64,000 bases of DNA from the NCBI GenBank assembly GCA_026395815.1, contig JAPLXZ010000011.1:1638-65637 (forward strand). Direction: 5' to 3'. Below are positions 35,175-44,440 of this stretch, piece by piece. A program made the position numbers and the translations under genes. This DNA is from Candidatus Pacearchaeota archaeon. Lineage in GTDB: Archaea; Nanobdellota; Nanobdellia; Pacearchaeales; GW2011-AR1. The notes beneath the pieces were generated by a model. The model did no database searches. It was not told the DNA's origin and saw nothing but the letters and a program-made list of their open reading frames with translations. Position 1 is the first letter of the stretch. Every line of letters begins with the position of its first letter.

Positions 35175-35840
35175 TTATTCCTTCTCTAAAATTTCTGCGT
35201 TAATTCCTTCTTCTTTGCAAAGTTTTACAAATTCCTCTGCATCTCCCATTGTTCCTACAACGCTGCCATAATGGATAGGAATTGCTAATGAAGGTTTGAT
35301 TAATTTTGCTGCTTCTGCTGCTTCTTCGGCACTCATAGTAAATCTTCCACCAACAGGAAGCAATGCAATAAATTTTTTATCTGGTTGTTTATGCCCTGTA
35401 AGTTTTTGCATTTCCGGAATAAGGTCTGTATCTCCTGCATGATAAATAAGAACATCCTTCATTTTTAGGATATACCCAACCCATCCATCTTCTTTTGGAT
35501 GAAAGGATTTATCTATATTGTATGCAGGCAGGACAGAAATCTTAATCTCACCAAAACTCAATTCTTGTCCGGGCTCAACAATCTGAATATCAATTGGAAC
35601 ATCAAATCTGGTTATTTTGCTCTGACAATCTGCTGTGAGAAAAATTTTAGTTCCTTCTTTGATTATTTTTTTCATGTCAGCTACACTGCAATGGTCATAA
35701 TGACTATGAGTTATAAGAATGGCATCTGCTTTTTCTGAATTTTCTTTTATATTATAAGGGTCAATATAAATAATCTTGGTGTTTTTTATTAAAAAACCAG
35801 AGTGTCCAAGCCATTTAATTTCAATATCATCTATTTTCAT
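35175..35840 (-). CDS. MBL-fold metallo-hydrolase (UPF0173-like)
   Basis: WLGHSGFLI and THSHYDH motifs, plus a C-terminal PIHYG. ATG at 35840. Confidence 0.88.
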   Translation of the reverse strand: MKIDDIEIKWLGHSGFLIKNTKIIYIDPYNIKENSEKADAILITHSHYDHCSVADMKKIIKEGTKIFLTADCQSKITRFDVPIDIQIVEPGQELSFGEIKISVLPAYNIDKSFHPKEDGWVGYILKMKDVLIYHAGDTDLIPEMQKLTGHKQPDKKFIALLPVGGRFTMSAEEAAEAAKLIKPSLAIPIHYGSVVGTMGDAEEFVKLCKEEGINAEILEKE

Positions 35841-35914
35841 ATAAAAAGGAATCAAGAAGTACTTTTAAAGATTTTTATATTTAAATTCAGAAAGATTTAT
35901 TATTAAATTAGAAC

Positions 35915-36949
35915 TTATTTTTTTAAAGAAATATTAATCTTCAAAAATTTCCTGACTAATACAAATCCAGCAACCCCTGCAATTAAAAATCCTAAAATGA
36001 TAAATGCTCTTGTTTTATTTCCAAGAATTTCTTTTTGGAAAAATGTTTTTCCTGAATTAATCGGTCCATTTACAGCACTGCCAATAATAGTGAATATGTT
36101 CTTCTTGCACTTCTCACATACTCCGCCACAATCAATATCTTCTTCATTTTGATTCTTTATTCCATCACCACAAGTTTCTTCTACAACACAATCCTGAGTT
36201 CTTGGAGGACTTCCTTCTTCAGTTCCACACGCATTGCTGTCTATGCATGCTCTTGTTTGTTGTCCGCTAACGCATTCTGACCATACTTCATCGCACTGCC
36301 AATTTGGAGTACATAAAGGTGTAACTTCTACAGTAGTAGTCTCAGAAGCTACAACTTCTCCTGTTGCAGGAGTAACTACAGTTGTATGAATTTCTTCTGT
36401 ATCTTTTTGTTCTTCTTCTGCTTCGCATGTTCCTGAAGAGCAAGTGTATCCTTCATCACAATCTCCACAATTTCCTCCACAACCATCATCACTGCATTCT
36501 TTTCCAGAACACTCTGGAACACACTGTTCTTCTGCATTGCAAACGCCATTATACCAATATCCCGTAGCAGCAGTACAAGTAGGTTCATCTAAACATAGAG
36601 TTAAATGAGTTGTATCACAAACAGAAGCTGGTTCAGCATTACATAAACTATCATACCAATAACCAGTAGCAACAGTGCAAGTAGGTTCATCTAAACATAG
36701 AGTTAAATGAGTTGTATCACAAACAGGAGTTACAACTTCAGTACATACAATTGGTTCACCATCACAAACCCATCCTGTTTCAACAAGACCTGCTGCAGAA
36801 CATCCATCCCCATCAATAGTATTATTATCATTACAACTCTGTCCTGCAATCGCATAACCAGTAAATTTTGTAAATAGAAATAAGCTTCCAATAGCTACTA
36901 CTAAGATTAATAATATAACAAAACTATGAATTAAATCCCTTTTTTTCAT
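35915..36949 (-). CDS. Cysteine-rich repeat surface protein (signal/TM at both ends)
   Basis: N-terminal hydrophobic segment, DGDGCS motif like myxococcal cysteine-rich repeats, a duplicated 34-aa module VCDTTHLTLCLDEPTCT.ATGYWY..CNAE, many CxxC/CGG motifs, and a C-terminal TM helix. Confidence 0.7.
   Translation of the reverse strand: MKKRDLIHSFVILLILVVAIGSLFLFTKFTGYAIAGQSCNDNNTIDGDGCSAAGLVETGWVCDGEPIVCTEVVTPVCDTTHLTLCLDEPTCTVATGYWYDSLCNAEPASVCDTTHLTLCLDEPTCTAATGYWYNGVCNAEEQCVPECSGKECSDDGCGGNCGDCDEGYTCSSGTCEAEEEQKDTEEIHTTVVTPATGEVVASETTTVEVTPLCTPNWQCDEVWSECVSGQQTRACIDSNACGTEEGSPPRTQDCVVEETCGDGIKNQNEEDIDCGGVCEKCKKNIFTIIGSAVNGPINSGKTFFQKEILGNKTRAFIILGFLIAGVAGFVLVRKFLKINISLKK
36576..36726. repeat. 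Tandem 102-nt duplication inside the Cys-rich gene
   Basis: The 49-nt string CAAGTAGGTTCATCTAAACATAGAGTTAAATGAGTTGTATCACAAACAG occurs identically at 36576..36624 and 36678..36726. Confidence 0.85.
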
Positions 36950-37009
36950 CTTCCCTCTCTTTTATATAAAAGATGAAATATGTTTAAATATTTATCTGTT
37001 GGTGAAAAC

Positions 37010-38044
37010 TTATAATTCTAGCAAATTCTCTTTAAATTTATCTAAATCACGTTTCATGAAGCTTGCTCCTGATGCTTTCACATGTCCACCAGCACTTGCA
37101 TTTTTCAAGCCTGAAATTCCTTTTTTCATTAGCAAGTTCAAATCAACATTTCCGCTCTGATTTCTTGCACTTACTTTAACAAATCCTTTTTTATCTTTTA
37201 AATCTGAAAGAAAAACAAAAGTTTTGTCTTTTTGTTGCACTGATAAAGTTGTAATTATAAAAGAAGATATATCGAATTTTTTTAATGGACTATAAAAGAA
37301 ATAAAGTTCTTTATCTGAAGAATATTCTGCTTTTTCCTTAAATTCATCTGAAACTTTTTCAACTTCTGACCGAATAATTTTATCATATCTCTTCAATTCA
37401 TTAATTTTTCCTTTTTTTACTAGATGATAAATCCTTTTTTCTCTTCCATGAAGGTATATCAATCCAGAGGAAATTAACTGAGAAACTTTTCCAGGAATCG
37501 AATTCAATATGCTCTCTCTTGTAACTCTTGGATAAAGTTTTTGTATAAACGCAAGATTTGAATCATCAGTATAAGAAAATTCAGTAATCATTGTAGCACA
37601 AACCAATCCCTTCCATCTCTCTAAATGATACTGCCCTTCTCCTATTCTATACAATGTTAGAGCACTACAGTCTTTTGTTTTTGTCTTTATAACTCCTTTA
37701 TCGTAAGCTTTAGAGGGATGGTGATCCACTAAGAATGTTCCAAAATTCTCTTGAATTTTTCTAAATCCTTCATAATCACTGCTTTCATTTATATCTAACA
37801 AGAAAGCTTTTCCTATTTTTTTACTTTTTAGTTTTTTATAAACAATATTAAACATATCGTTTCCATAATTAATAAAATTGATAAATTTAGGTTTAATATT
37901 TGTTTCAGAAAGCATTTCTTCCATAAGGACAGCAGAAGTTAATCCATCCAAGTCAGTATGAGAAATGATTGCTATTCTATCCTTTTTTGAAAGCGAATTC
38001 ATAAATTCAAAAAATTCTTCTTTGCTTCCTGATAAAAATTCCAT
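37010..38044 (-). CDS. DHH/DHHA1-family phosphoesterase (RecJ/NrnA-like)
   Basis: ISHTDLDGLTSAV, LVDHHP (DHH) and the AGGHVKASG (GGGH-type) motif. Confidence 0.8.
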   Translation of the reverse strand: MEFLSGSKEEFFEFMNSLSKKDRIAIISHTDLDGLTSAVLMEEMLSETNIKPKFINFINYGNDMFNIVYKKLKSKKIGKAFLLDINESSDYEGFRKIQENFGTFLVDHHPSKAYDKGVIKTKTKDCSALTLYRIGEGQYHLERWKGLVCATMITEFSYTDDSNLAFIQKLYPRVTRESILNSIPGKVSQLISSGLIYLHGREKRIYHLVKKGKINELKRYDKIIRSEVEKVSDEFKEKAEYSSDKELYFFYSPLKKFDISSFIITTLSVQQKDKTFVFLSDLKDKKGFVKVSARNQSGNVDLNLLMKKGISGLKNASAGGHVKASGASFMKRDLDKFKENLLEL

Positions 38045-38068
38045 CTAAAATTTAGAAGATAACCACTT

Positions 38069-39385
38069 TTAAACCTTTTCAAAACTTCTTGCAATTTGAA
38101 ATAGCTTTTGTTCCTGAAACTTATCGCAAATTATTTGCATTCCAACAGGAATTCTGTTTATTTCTCCAGCAGGAATGCTAATTGCGCAATTTCCAGCAAG
38201 ATTTATAGGACAAGTAAGAGCATCATACTGAAACATCTCCCCAATGGATATTTTTTCTCCAATCTTATGCGGCAACCTGGGAACTGTTGGAGAAATAATG
38301 CAGTCAACCTTCTTGAATGCTTTCCTTATTTCTTCTTCAATCAATTTTCTTGCTTTCAAAGCCAAATAGTAATATCTTCCTGCTTGTTCTGCTTTGCTTA
38401 TTTCGCTTCCTCCAAGAATCCTTCTTAGAACCTCTTCTCCACAAACTTCTTCAATTCTTTTCCCATATCTTCTTCCATCAAATTTCCTTGTAGCAGAAAA
38501 AAATTCAACATAAACAATAGGAAAATAAGTCGCAATAGCCAAATCAATATAATCTATCTTAATTTTTTGTATTTTCCAGCCATATTTATTTTTCGCTTCT
38601 TCAACTTTCTTATCAATTAGCTTTTGAATTCTTTCATCTTTTACTTTAAACTCTAAAATTCCAACTTTAATGTTTTTAGGAACTTTTTCAATTTCTTTCA
38701 GATTTGTTCTGCTTCCTAAACTTACTGCATCTTTCTCATCCTTGCCATTTATTATTTCAAAAAGCAAAGCAGCATCAGATACGCTTTTTGTTATTGGACC
38801 TATTTGGTCTAAGCTCATGCTCATGTCAATTAAGCCATATCTGCTTACAGAGCCATAACTCGGTTTCAATCCTACTACACCACAATGACTTGCAGGAACT
38901 CTTATGCTTCCTCCTGTATCGCTTCCTAAAGCCATATCACACATTTTGGCAGACACAGAAGCACAACTTCCGCTTGAACTTCCTCCTGAAACAAATCCTA
39001 ATGCCTTAGGATTATTAGTTGCTCCAAAAGCACTTGTTTCTCCACTCCAGCCACAAGCAAACTCATCCATATTAGTCATTCCAATGATTAATCCATCTTC
39101 TTCTCTAATTTTTTTGATTACTGTTGCATCATAAGGACTTTTATAGTTCTCAAGAGTTTTACTTGCACATGAAGCATTCATTCCATTAACATTTATATTT
39201 GCCTTAATTGCAATGATTTTTCCTGCAAGTTTTCCTGAGTTTCCTTTTTTTATTTTCTCATCAATTTTCTTCGCTTCTTCAATTGCTCTTAAATTCAGTT
39301 GAAGAAATGCATTTATCTTATTTCCTTTCTTGTCGTTTTTTTCTATTTCTTTCAAATATGATTTAAGCCTTTCAAGAGTTGTCAT
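38069..39385 (-). CDS. gatA: Asp/Glu-tRNA amidotransferase subunit A
   Basis: Amidase signature GGSSSGSCASV plus GSDTGGSIRVPAS. Confidence 0.93.
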   Translation of the reverse strand: MTTLERLKSYLKEIEKNDKKGNKINAFLQLNLRAIEEAKKIDEKIKKGNSGKLAGKIIAIKANINVNGMNASCASKTLENYKSPYDATVIKKIREEDGLIIGMTNMDEFACGWSGETSAFGATNNPKALGFVSGGSSSGSCASVSAKMCDMALGSDTGGSIRVPASHCGVVGLKPSYGSVSRYGLIDMSMSLDQIGPITKSVSDAALLFEIINGKDEKDAVSLGSRTNLKEIEKVPKNIKVGILEFKVKDERIQKLIDKKVEEAKNKYGWKIQKIKIDYIDLAIATYFPIVYVEFFSATRKFDGRRYGKRIEEVCGEEVLRRILGGSEISKAEQAGRYYYLALKARKLIEEEIRKAFKKVDCIISPTVPRLPHKIGEKISIGEMFQYDALTCPINLAGNCAISIPAGEINRIPVGMQIICDKFQEQKLFQIARSFEKV

Positions 39386-39789
39386 TTTATCTCTCCCTTT
39401 TCAACCAGAAATTTTATATTTGGGGCAACATTATATTTACCTCGCTTAATCTCTTTTATATCTAACCACTTAATCTCCTTAATAGGATGAACCGGTTTAA
39501 TCTCATTAAGATTGTTTAAATCTGCTAGATAATGATGCAACTCAATTCGCATTTTCTTGTGTGTTGTTGGATTTCTATTAAGAATTAGTGTGGATAATTT
39601 TTTTATTATGATAATGTCAGCATTAACTTCTTCCCATGCTTCTCTTATGCAAGTCTCATCTAAACTCTCATTCTCTTTTAATCTCCCCCCAGGAAGTTTA
39701 TAAAAATCATCTTTATCATCCTTGTCAACTAACAATTTTCCTTCATTAATAATTATGGGTCCAGATGCGATAATTTCTTCTACTACCAT
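39382..39789 (-). CDS. NUDIX hydrolase
   Basis: Nudix box GGRLKENESLDETCIREAWEEVNA. The ATG at 39789 (MVVEEII) is preceded by GGAGG. Its stop overlaps the gatA ATG (ATGA). Confidence 0.85.
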   Translation of the reverse strand: MVVEEIIASGPIIINEGKLLVDKDDKDDFYKLPGGRLKENESLDETCIREAWEEVNADIIIIKKLSTLILNRNPTTHKKMRIELHHYLADLNNLNEIKPVHPIKEIKWLDIKEIKRGKYNVAPNIKFLVEKGEIK

Positions 39790-39887
39790 TATGCAAAACC
39801 TCCGGTTTTGTATTTTGGTTGAATTTCCTGTGCACAAATTCCTCGTCTTGTGCAGTGGCTGACTTTCTGTCTGCTACGTTCTACCAT
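39789..39887 (-). repeat. Copy 3 (diverged) of the repeated leader element
   Basis: Core GCAGACAGAAAGTCAGCCACT, then the perfect hairpin TGCACAA-N10-TTGTGCA, then CCGGAGGTTTTGCATAATG, ending on the NUDIX ATG. It starts at the gatC stop. Confidence 0.5.
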
Positions 39888-40135
39888 TTTTTCTTCTCCG
39901 CAACTATAAAATCTTTATTTTTATCGGGAGCATTTTCAAACATGATTTCTCTTGAAAAATTTTCTTTATTCTCTTCTTTTTCAATTCTCTCGCAGTTTTC
40001 CCTCTCAATGAATTGTTCTTTTACAGCTTTATCTATTTTAGAAAGCTTGTTTGAGAAAAAATCAATTATAGATTTAACTTGTTTTCTTATTTCTTCTTTC
40101 CCTTTTTCAGATATTTTATGGAACAGGAAATCCAT
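39881..40135 (-). CDS. gatC: Asp/Glu-tRNA amidotransferase subunit C
   Basis: 84 aa. The C-terminal REIMFENAPDKNKDFIVAEKK resembles the GatC tail (..NAP....F.VP..). Sits upstream of gatA on the same strand. Confidence 0.6.
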   Translation of the reverse strand: MDFLFHKISEKGKEEIRKQVKSIIDFFSNKLSKIDKAVKEQFIERENCERIEKEENKENFSREIMFENAPDKNKDFIVAEKKKW

Positions 40136-40203
40136 TATAATTCAAAAGAATTCATATTTATAAGATTAATTAAAATTAATCTATTGATACTCTTAACACA
40201 AAA

Positions 40204-40275
40204 CTATCTTTTCTTCTTTGACTTCTTCTTTACTGGTTTCTTTTTCTTAACTTTACATCCACAACTACCACACAT
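40204..40275 (-). CDS. Possible 23-aa Cys/Lys-rich micropeptide
   Basis: MCGSCGCKVKKKKPVKKKSKKKR. Speculative; it echoes the CKCCCSKKLKKPKKKRRR tail of 5435..5632. Confidence 0.15.
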   Translation of the reverse strand: MCGSCGCKVKKKKPVKKKSKKKR

Positions 40276-40298
40276 TTTAATCACTTCTTTGATTATGA

Positions 40299-40544
40299 TT
40301 AAATAGATTGTTTCTCTTCTACTTCTAAATGTTCTTTATGTGTTATCCCAAAAATTGAAATAAAGAGTATTATAAAATACATAACCAATCCATAAAGGCA
40401 AGCAGGCAAATTCAAGAAAAGAGTGCATCTCCCACCAATTGGACAAGTACCTGCAAAAAGCTCAAAATATGAAAGAAAACCCGAGAACAAAACCCCAAGT
40501 ATCGAAATTATCAAAATTATTTTGAGTGCTGTTTTCGTTTTCAT
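40299..40544 (-). CDS. Small membrane protein with paired cysteines (VKOR/DsbB-like?)
   Basis: Two to three TM helices with CPIGGRC and PACLYG. Its start overlaps the aspS stop by 4 nt. Confidence 0.45.
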   Translation of the reverse strand: MKTKTALKIILIISILGVLFSGFLSYFELFAGTCPIGGRCTLFLNLPACLYGLVMYFIILFISIFGITHKEHLEVEEKQSI

Positions 40545-41839
40545 GGTGTTAATCTATCCCTATCACGGGGAAACATTGTAGCTTCCTTAACATTGTCCAA
40601 CCCGCAAATTTGTTGTGTTATCCTTTCTAGGCCAATACTCCATCCAGAATGTGGGGGAGCTCCATATCTAAATGAATCAATGTAATCTTTAAAATTCTTT
40701 GGATTTAGGCCCTTCGCTTTCAATCTTTCTATTAATAATTCTGGAAGATGAATTCTCTGTCCACCAGAAGAAATTTCCACTCCAAGATACAAAGCATCAA
40801 ACCCTTCGCTTAACTTGGCATCTGCTTTCTCGTCTTTTGGCATTATATAAAATGGTTTTATAGAAGATGGCCAAGAGTAAGTAAATACTATATCTCCCTT
40901 ATACATAGAACATAATTGCCTCTCTTGTTCTGGTGTGAAATCCTCTCCAATTTTTCCACCCACTTTTTTTATTGCGTCTTCATAACTAAGATAAACTCCC
41001 TTTGGAATTTTCAAATCTTTTATTCCAAGTATTTTTAATTCTTTTTTGCAATTTTCAAGAACTCTTTTAATAATAGCTATTACAACTTCTTCTAATTTTT
41101 TCATGATGCTCATTTGATCAGTGAAAGCTACTTCAATGTCCATCTGTCTTATTTCATTAATATGCCTTGGAGTGTTGTGCTTTTCAGCCCTCCAAACAGG
41201 GGTTATCATGAAAGTTTTTTCCATAGAACATGCAATCATCTGTTTGTATAATTGTGGGCTCTGAGCCAAATAAGCTTTTTTCTCAAAGTATTGAACAGGA
41301 AATAATTCTGTTCCTCCTTCACTGGCAGCTGAAATAACACAAGGTGGCTGCATTTCAATAAATCCTTTTTTATAAAAGTGTTCTCTAAAAGAATTAGCAA
41401 TTTCATTTTGTATTTTGAAGATAGCTTGAGTTCTTTCTCTATGAAAATCTAAAAACCTATAATCCAATCTTTTAGGCAATTCTGTTTTAGAAAATTCAGA
41501 AATGTCTATTGGAATTTCTTCTGCATTGTTTAACAAGGTAATTTCTTCTGGAACAATTTCTCTGCCTCCTGGCGCTTGTTTCGATTCTTTTACTTCTCCT
41601 TTAACATAAATAACAGATTCCCTTGAAATTTTATCCATCATATCAAAAATCTTTTTATCTACCTTGCTTTCAGCAGCAGTAATTTGTATCTCTGCTGTTA
41701 TGTCTCTTAAAACAAGAAATTTTATCTTTCCTAAAGCACGGGTATTTTTGACCCATCCTGCAACAGTAACTTCTTTTTCCTTTTTTGCAAAAACATCTGC
41801 AATTGTAATTCTATCTTCGTTCAATTTTTTTAAATCCAT
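40541..41839 (-). CDS. aspS: Aspartyl-tRNA synthetase, archaeal type
   Basis: N-terminal OB (VAGWVKNTRALGKIKFLVLRD), class II motifs including VWRAEKHNTPRHINE and GAPPHSGWSIGLERI. Confidence 0.95.
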   Translation of the reverse strand: MDLKKLNEDRITIADVFAKKEKEVTVAGWVKNTRALGKIKFLVLRDITAEIQITAAESKVDKKIFDMMDKISRESVIYVKGEVKESKQAPGGREIVPEEITLLNNAEEIPIDISEFSKTELPKRLDYRFLDFHRERTQAIFKIQNEIANSFREHFYKKGFIEMQPPCVISAASEGGTELFPVQYFEKKAYLAQSPQLYKQMIACSMEKTFMITPVWRAEKHNTPRHINEIRQMDIEVAFTDQMSIMKKLEEVVIAIIKRVLENCKKELKILGIKDLKIPKGVYLSYEDAIKKVGGKIGEDFTPEQERQLCSMYKGDIVFTYSWPSSIKPFYIMPKDEKADAKLSEGFDALYLGVEISSGGQRIHLPELLIERLKAKGLNPKNFKDYIDSFRYGAPPHSGWSIGLERITQQICGLDNVKEATMFPRDRDRLTP

Positions 41840-41902
41840 GATAATTAATTATTGAGTTAAGAATATTTAAATTCTTTTGTGTTTGATATTTTATATATAA
41901 AA

Positions 41903-42181
41903 ATGAATGATGAAAAAACAAGAACGTTTATTGGGAAGTTAATAGAAAAAGCCTCTGCTGAAAAAGGCTTTGTTCCGTTATCTATATTGTGTTTTTATGA
42001 CATTGGTTGCGATATAAACAAATGCAGGTCAAAGGATTATGATTCAATAAAGAAAACAGGAGGATGCTGCAAATATTATGAAAATAAATGCAAGCAAAGA
42101 TTAGAGCCATTATTAGAAGATATTGAAAATAATTTTGAATTTTTATTAAAAGATATTGAAAAAAAAGTTAATGGATTTTAG
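41903..42181 (+). CDS. Hypothetical Cys-containing protein
   Basis: ORF only. ATG at 41903 (MNDEK...). Convergent with gatE. Confidence 0.35.
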   Translation: MNDEKTRTFIGKLIEKASAEKGFVPLSILCFYDIGCDINKCRSKDYDSIKKTGGCCKYYENKCKQRLEPLLEDIENNFEFLLKDIEKKVNGF

Positions 42182-42184
42182 TTA

Positions 42185-43645
42185 TCATAAATATTTCTTT
42201 ATCATCTCCCTTGCCTCTTTTCCGCTTATCCCTTTAACTTCTTTCATCACAAGTCCCATATATGCATTTTCAGAAAGTCCTGGCTTGCTTTTTATTATTT
42301 TAGCTATTTTCTCCTCGATTACATTAAAGTCTTCTTTCTTGAAAATAACAGCATCCTTAACATCCACGCCCACGATTATTTTTCCTAACACTCCTTTTAT
42401 TTGCTGTTCAGAAATTTTTTTGTCTCTTAAAGATTCAATAACAAATGTGATTGCATCTTTGTTCAGTATTTTTTCTACTTCCTTGATTGATTTCTTTTCG
42501 TGGCTTGCTATTTCCTTTGGGAAGATTAACAAAACTTTTGCAATTAAAACCGGATTATTTAATATTTTCAATAATTCCTTGAACTCGTTTATTTTATTCT
42601 CTTTAAACAATAATTGAATCATCTCTTGATTTAATCCTGTCTTATTTAATTCTTCTTCTATCTCATCTCTGAGTTTAGGCAGAGTTTTCTTAACCTCATT
42701 TATCAAATCTCTTGATATTTTTAACAAAGGTAAGTCTGTTTCAGGATACATTCTTGCAGCTCCTGACAATGGACGCAAGAATTCAGTTTCTCCATTAGGC
42801 AAAGCGTTCCTTACTTCTTTTTGCACTGGTTTTTTTTCATTCAACAAGGCTAATTGTCTGTTAATCTCCTTATTGATTGTTTGCACCATCATGCTTGGGT
42901 CTTGAAATCCTTTTATTTCAACTCTGTTTCCCCCTTTTACTGAAAGATTCAAATCTTGTCTTATTGTCCCTATTCCCCTCTTGACTCTGCAACTTCTCAA
43001 AACTTTCCCTATATACAAAGCAACTTCCCTTACTTGTTCTGCATTTCTCATATCGGGAGCAGTAGCAATCTCGATTAAGGGAATTCCTAGTCTGTCAAGC
43101 CTGTAAATAGTTCTGTCGTCTTTTCGTTCTATAATTCTTGCTGCATCTTCTTCAAGACAAATGCTATCGATTTCGACTCTTCCGTTTTTTGTTATAATCC
43201 ATCCTCCTTGAGCAAGTAATACTGTTCTTTGAAATCCAGAAGTATTGCTTCCATCAATGACTGTTTTTCTCATAATTTGGCTTATAGGAAATATTTTCGC
43301 ATTAAGAAATATTGAAATTTCCAAGGCTATTTTAAGAGCATCAATGTTAATTTCGTAAGGAGGAGATTCATCAAGCTCAACTAAACAAGTAGTATCATAT
43401 CCTTCATAAACAAAATCTTTCTTTTTTTCTGATTCATGTTTTGCAGCAATATCAATCTCTCCTCCCTCTCCCGCAACAGCATGAAGATTTCTCTTCAAAG
43501 TAAAATCCGGAGCATCTTGTCTTAACAAAGAAGGACAATTGCAGAAAAGTTTCTTTGTATCAAGCTGCTGGTGGATTTCTAATCCTGATTTAAACCCTAA
43601 TTTTTCATAATCAATTTTATTTTGTTTAGAGTTTTCTTCTAGCAT
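42185..43645 (-). CDS. gatE: Glu-tRNA(Gln) amidotransferase subunit E
   Basis: GLEIHQQLDTKKLFCNC, CLVELDESPP, VIDGSNTSGFQRT, LEEDAARII, DRLGIPLIEIATAPD and GTIRQDLNLSV match GatE rather than GatB. It is shorter (486 aa) than the ~600-aa forms I recall. Confidence 0.88.
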   Translation of the reverse strand: MLEENSKQNKIDYEKLGFKSGLEIHQQLDTKKLFCNCPSLLRQDAPDFTLKRNLHAVAGEGGEIDIAAKHESEKKKDFVYEGYDTTCLVELDESPPYEINIDALKIALEISIFLNAKIFPISQIMRKTVIDGSNTSGFQRTVLLAQGGWIITKNGRVEIDSICLEEDAARIIERKDDRTIYRLDRLGIPLIEIATAPDMRNAEQVREVALYIGKVLRSCRVKRGIGTIRQDLNLSVKGGNRVEIKGFQDPSMMVQTINKEINRQLALLNEKKPVQKEVRNALPNGETEFLRPLSGAARMYPETDLPLLKISRDLINEVKKTLPKLRDEIEEELNKTGLNQEMIQLLFKENKINEFKELLKILNNPVLIAKVLLIFPKEIASHEKKSIKEVEKILNKDAITFVIESLRDKKISEQQIKGVLGKIIVGVDVKDAVIFKKEDFNVIEEKIAKIIKSKPGLSENAYMGLVMKEVKGISGKEAREMIKKYL

Positions 43646-43675
43646 GAAATAGAAAGTAAGAAAGAGTTTATTAAA

Positions 43676-44440
43676 TTAATTATCAGAGTTTTCAAAATAG
43701 TAATCTACTTCAGATTCGATAGCAAAAGAAGAAACTCTCCTATTGCTTCTTTTAAGTTCCAGTTCTAATTCTTGGATTACAGTTTCTTTATTAACTCTTT
43801 TTTGTGAATCTTTCAATCCTAAGATTACATTTTTTACATCTGAAACATTAACAACTCCTTTTCTCTTTACAGAACTTGTCCATAATTTTGCAAATTCCTG
43901 AAGATTATAATTTTTTATTACAAGCCCTTCTTTATTCCCATAACGATATTTGCTTCCTTCAATCATTTTTGTAAGTTCATTAAAATCAGTTTTTCCTTTG
44001 AATAAAACTTCAAGATAAATCAAATTCTCAATTTCCATATCCTTAAGAATTTCTCTTGCTTTCTCATAAGGAATAAATCTCTTAGAACCTAAATCAAAAA
44101 GGTCTATCATAAAAAATTTATTTGTAAATTCTGGTTTGTATTCCAAAGTGTGTTTAGAAGTCCATTCTCCGTATATAACCAAATCTTCTAAAAGATTATA
44201 GAAACTATAATTTCCTAAAGCCCATTTATTAAAATCTTTAAACCACTCTTGACTAAAAAATTTCTCTCTTGTTAGAAAATGAGCTCTGCTTCCGCTTAAA
44301 ATTCTTCCATTAATTTTTCTAATCTGAACATTTCCACCGTCAACTTTTTCATAAACTTCAACTAGATTATCTAATATACATGGAACTTCATCCAAATGAG
44401 GAATTCTTCTGTATTTAACAAAATGAGGATTATCTTGCAT
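43676..44440 (-). CDS. ATP-dependent RNA ligase-like nucleotidyltransferase (Rnl2/pfam RNA_ligase type)
   Basis: Motif I EKVDGGN (KxDGxN), motif III VIYGEW, IIIa FFMIDLFD, IV EGLVIK. 254 aa. Confidence 0.65.
   Translation of the reverse strand: MQDNPHFVKYRRIPHLDEVPCILDNLVEVYEKVDGGNVQIRKINGRILSGSRAHFLTREKFFSQEWFKDFNKWALGNYSFYNLLEDLVIYGEWTSKHTLEYKPEFTNKFFMIDLFDLGSKRFIPYEKAREILKDMEIENLIYLEVLFKGKTDFNELTKMIEGSKYRYGNKEGLVIKNYNLQEFAKLWTSSVKRKGVVNVSDVKNVILGLKDSQKRVNKETVIQELELELKRSNRRVSSFAIESEVDYYFENSDN

Noticed and set aside
39819-40163. 114-aa ORF on the plus strand
   Set aside because: It is antisense to gatC and to repeat copy 3, and its S/F/L-rich composition is typical of antisense frames in AT-rich genes.
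42156-42617. 153-aa ORF on the plus strand inside gatE
   Set aside because: It is a shadow ORF antisense to a confidently identified gene. The same reasoning applies to 3979..4212, 4807..5205, 6198..6419, 8510..8803, 11852..12262, 13785..14108, 25515..25862, 25926..26246, 27254..27592, 38108..39134, 46875..47128, 55680..56000, 56052..56291, 61410..61766, 62054..62404 and 63089..63643.
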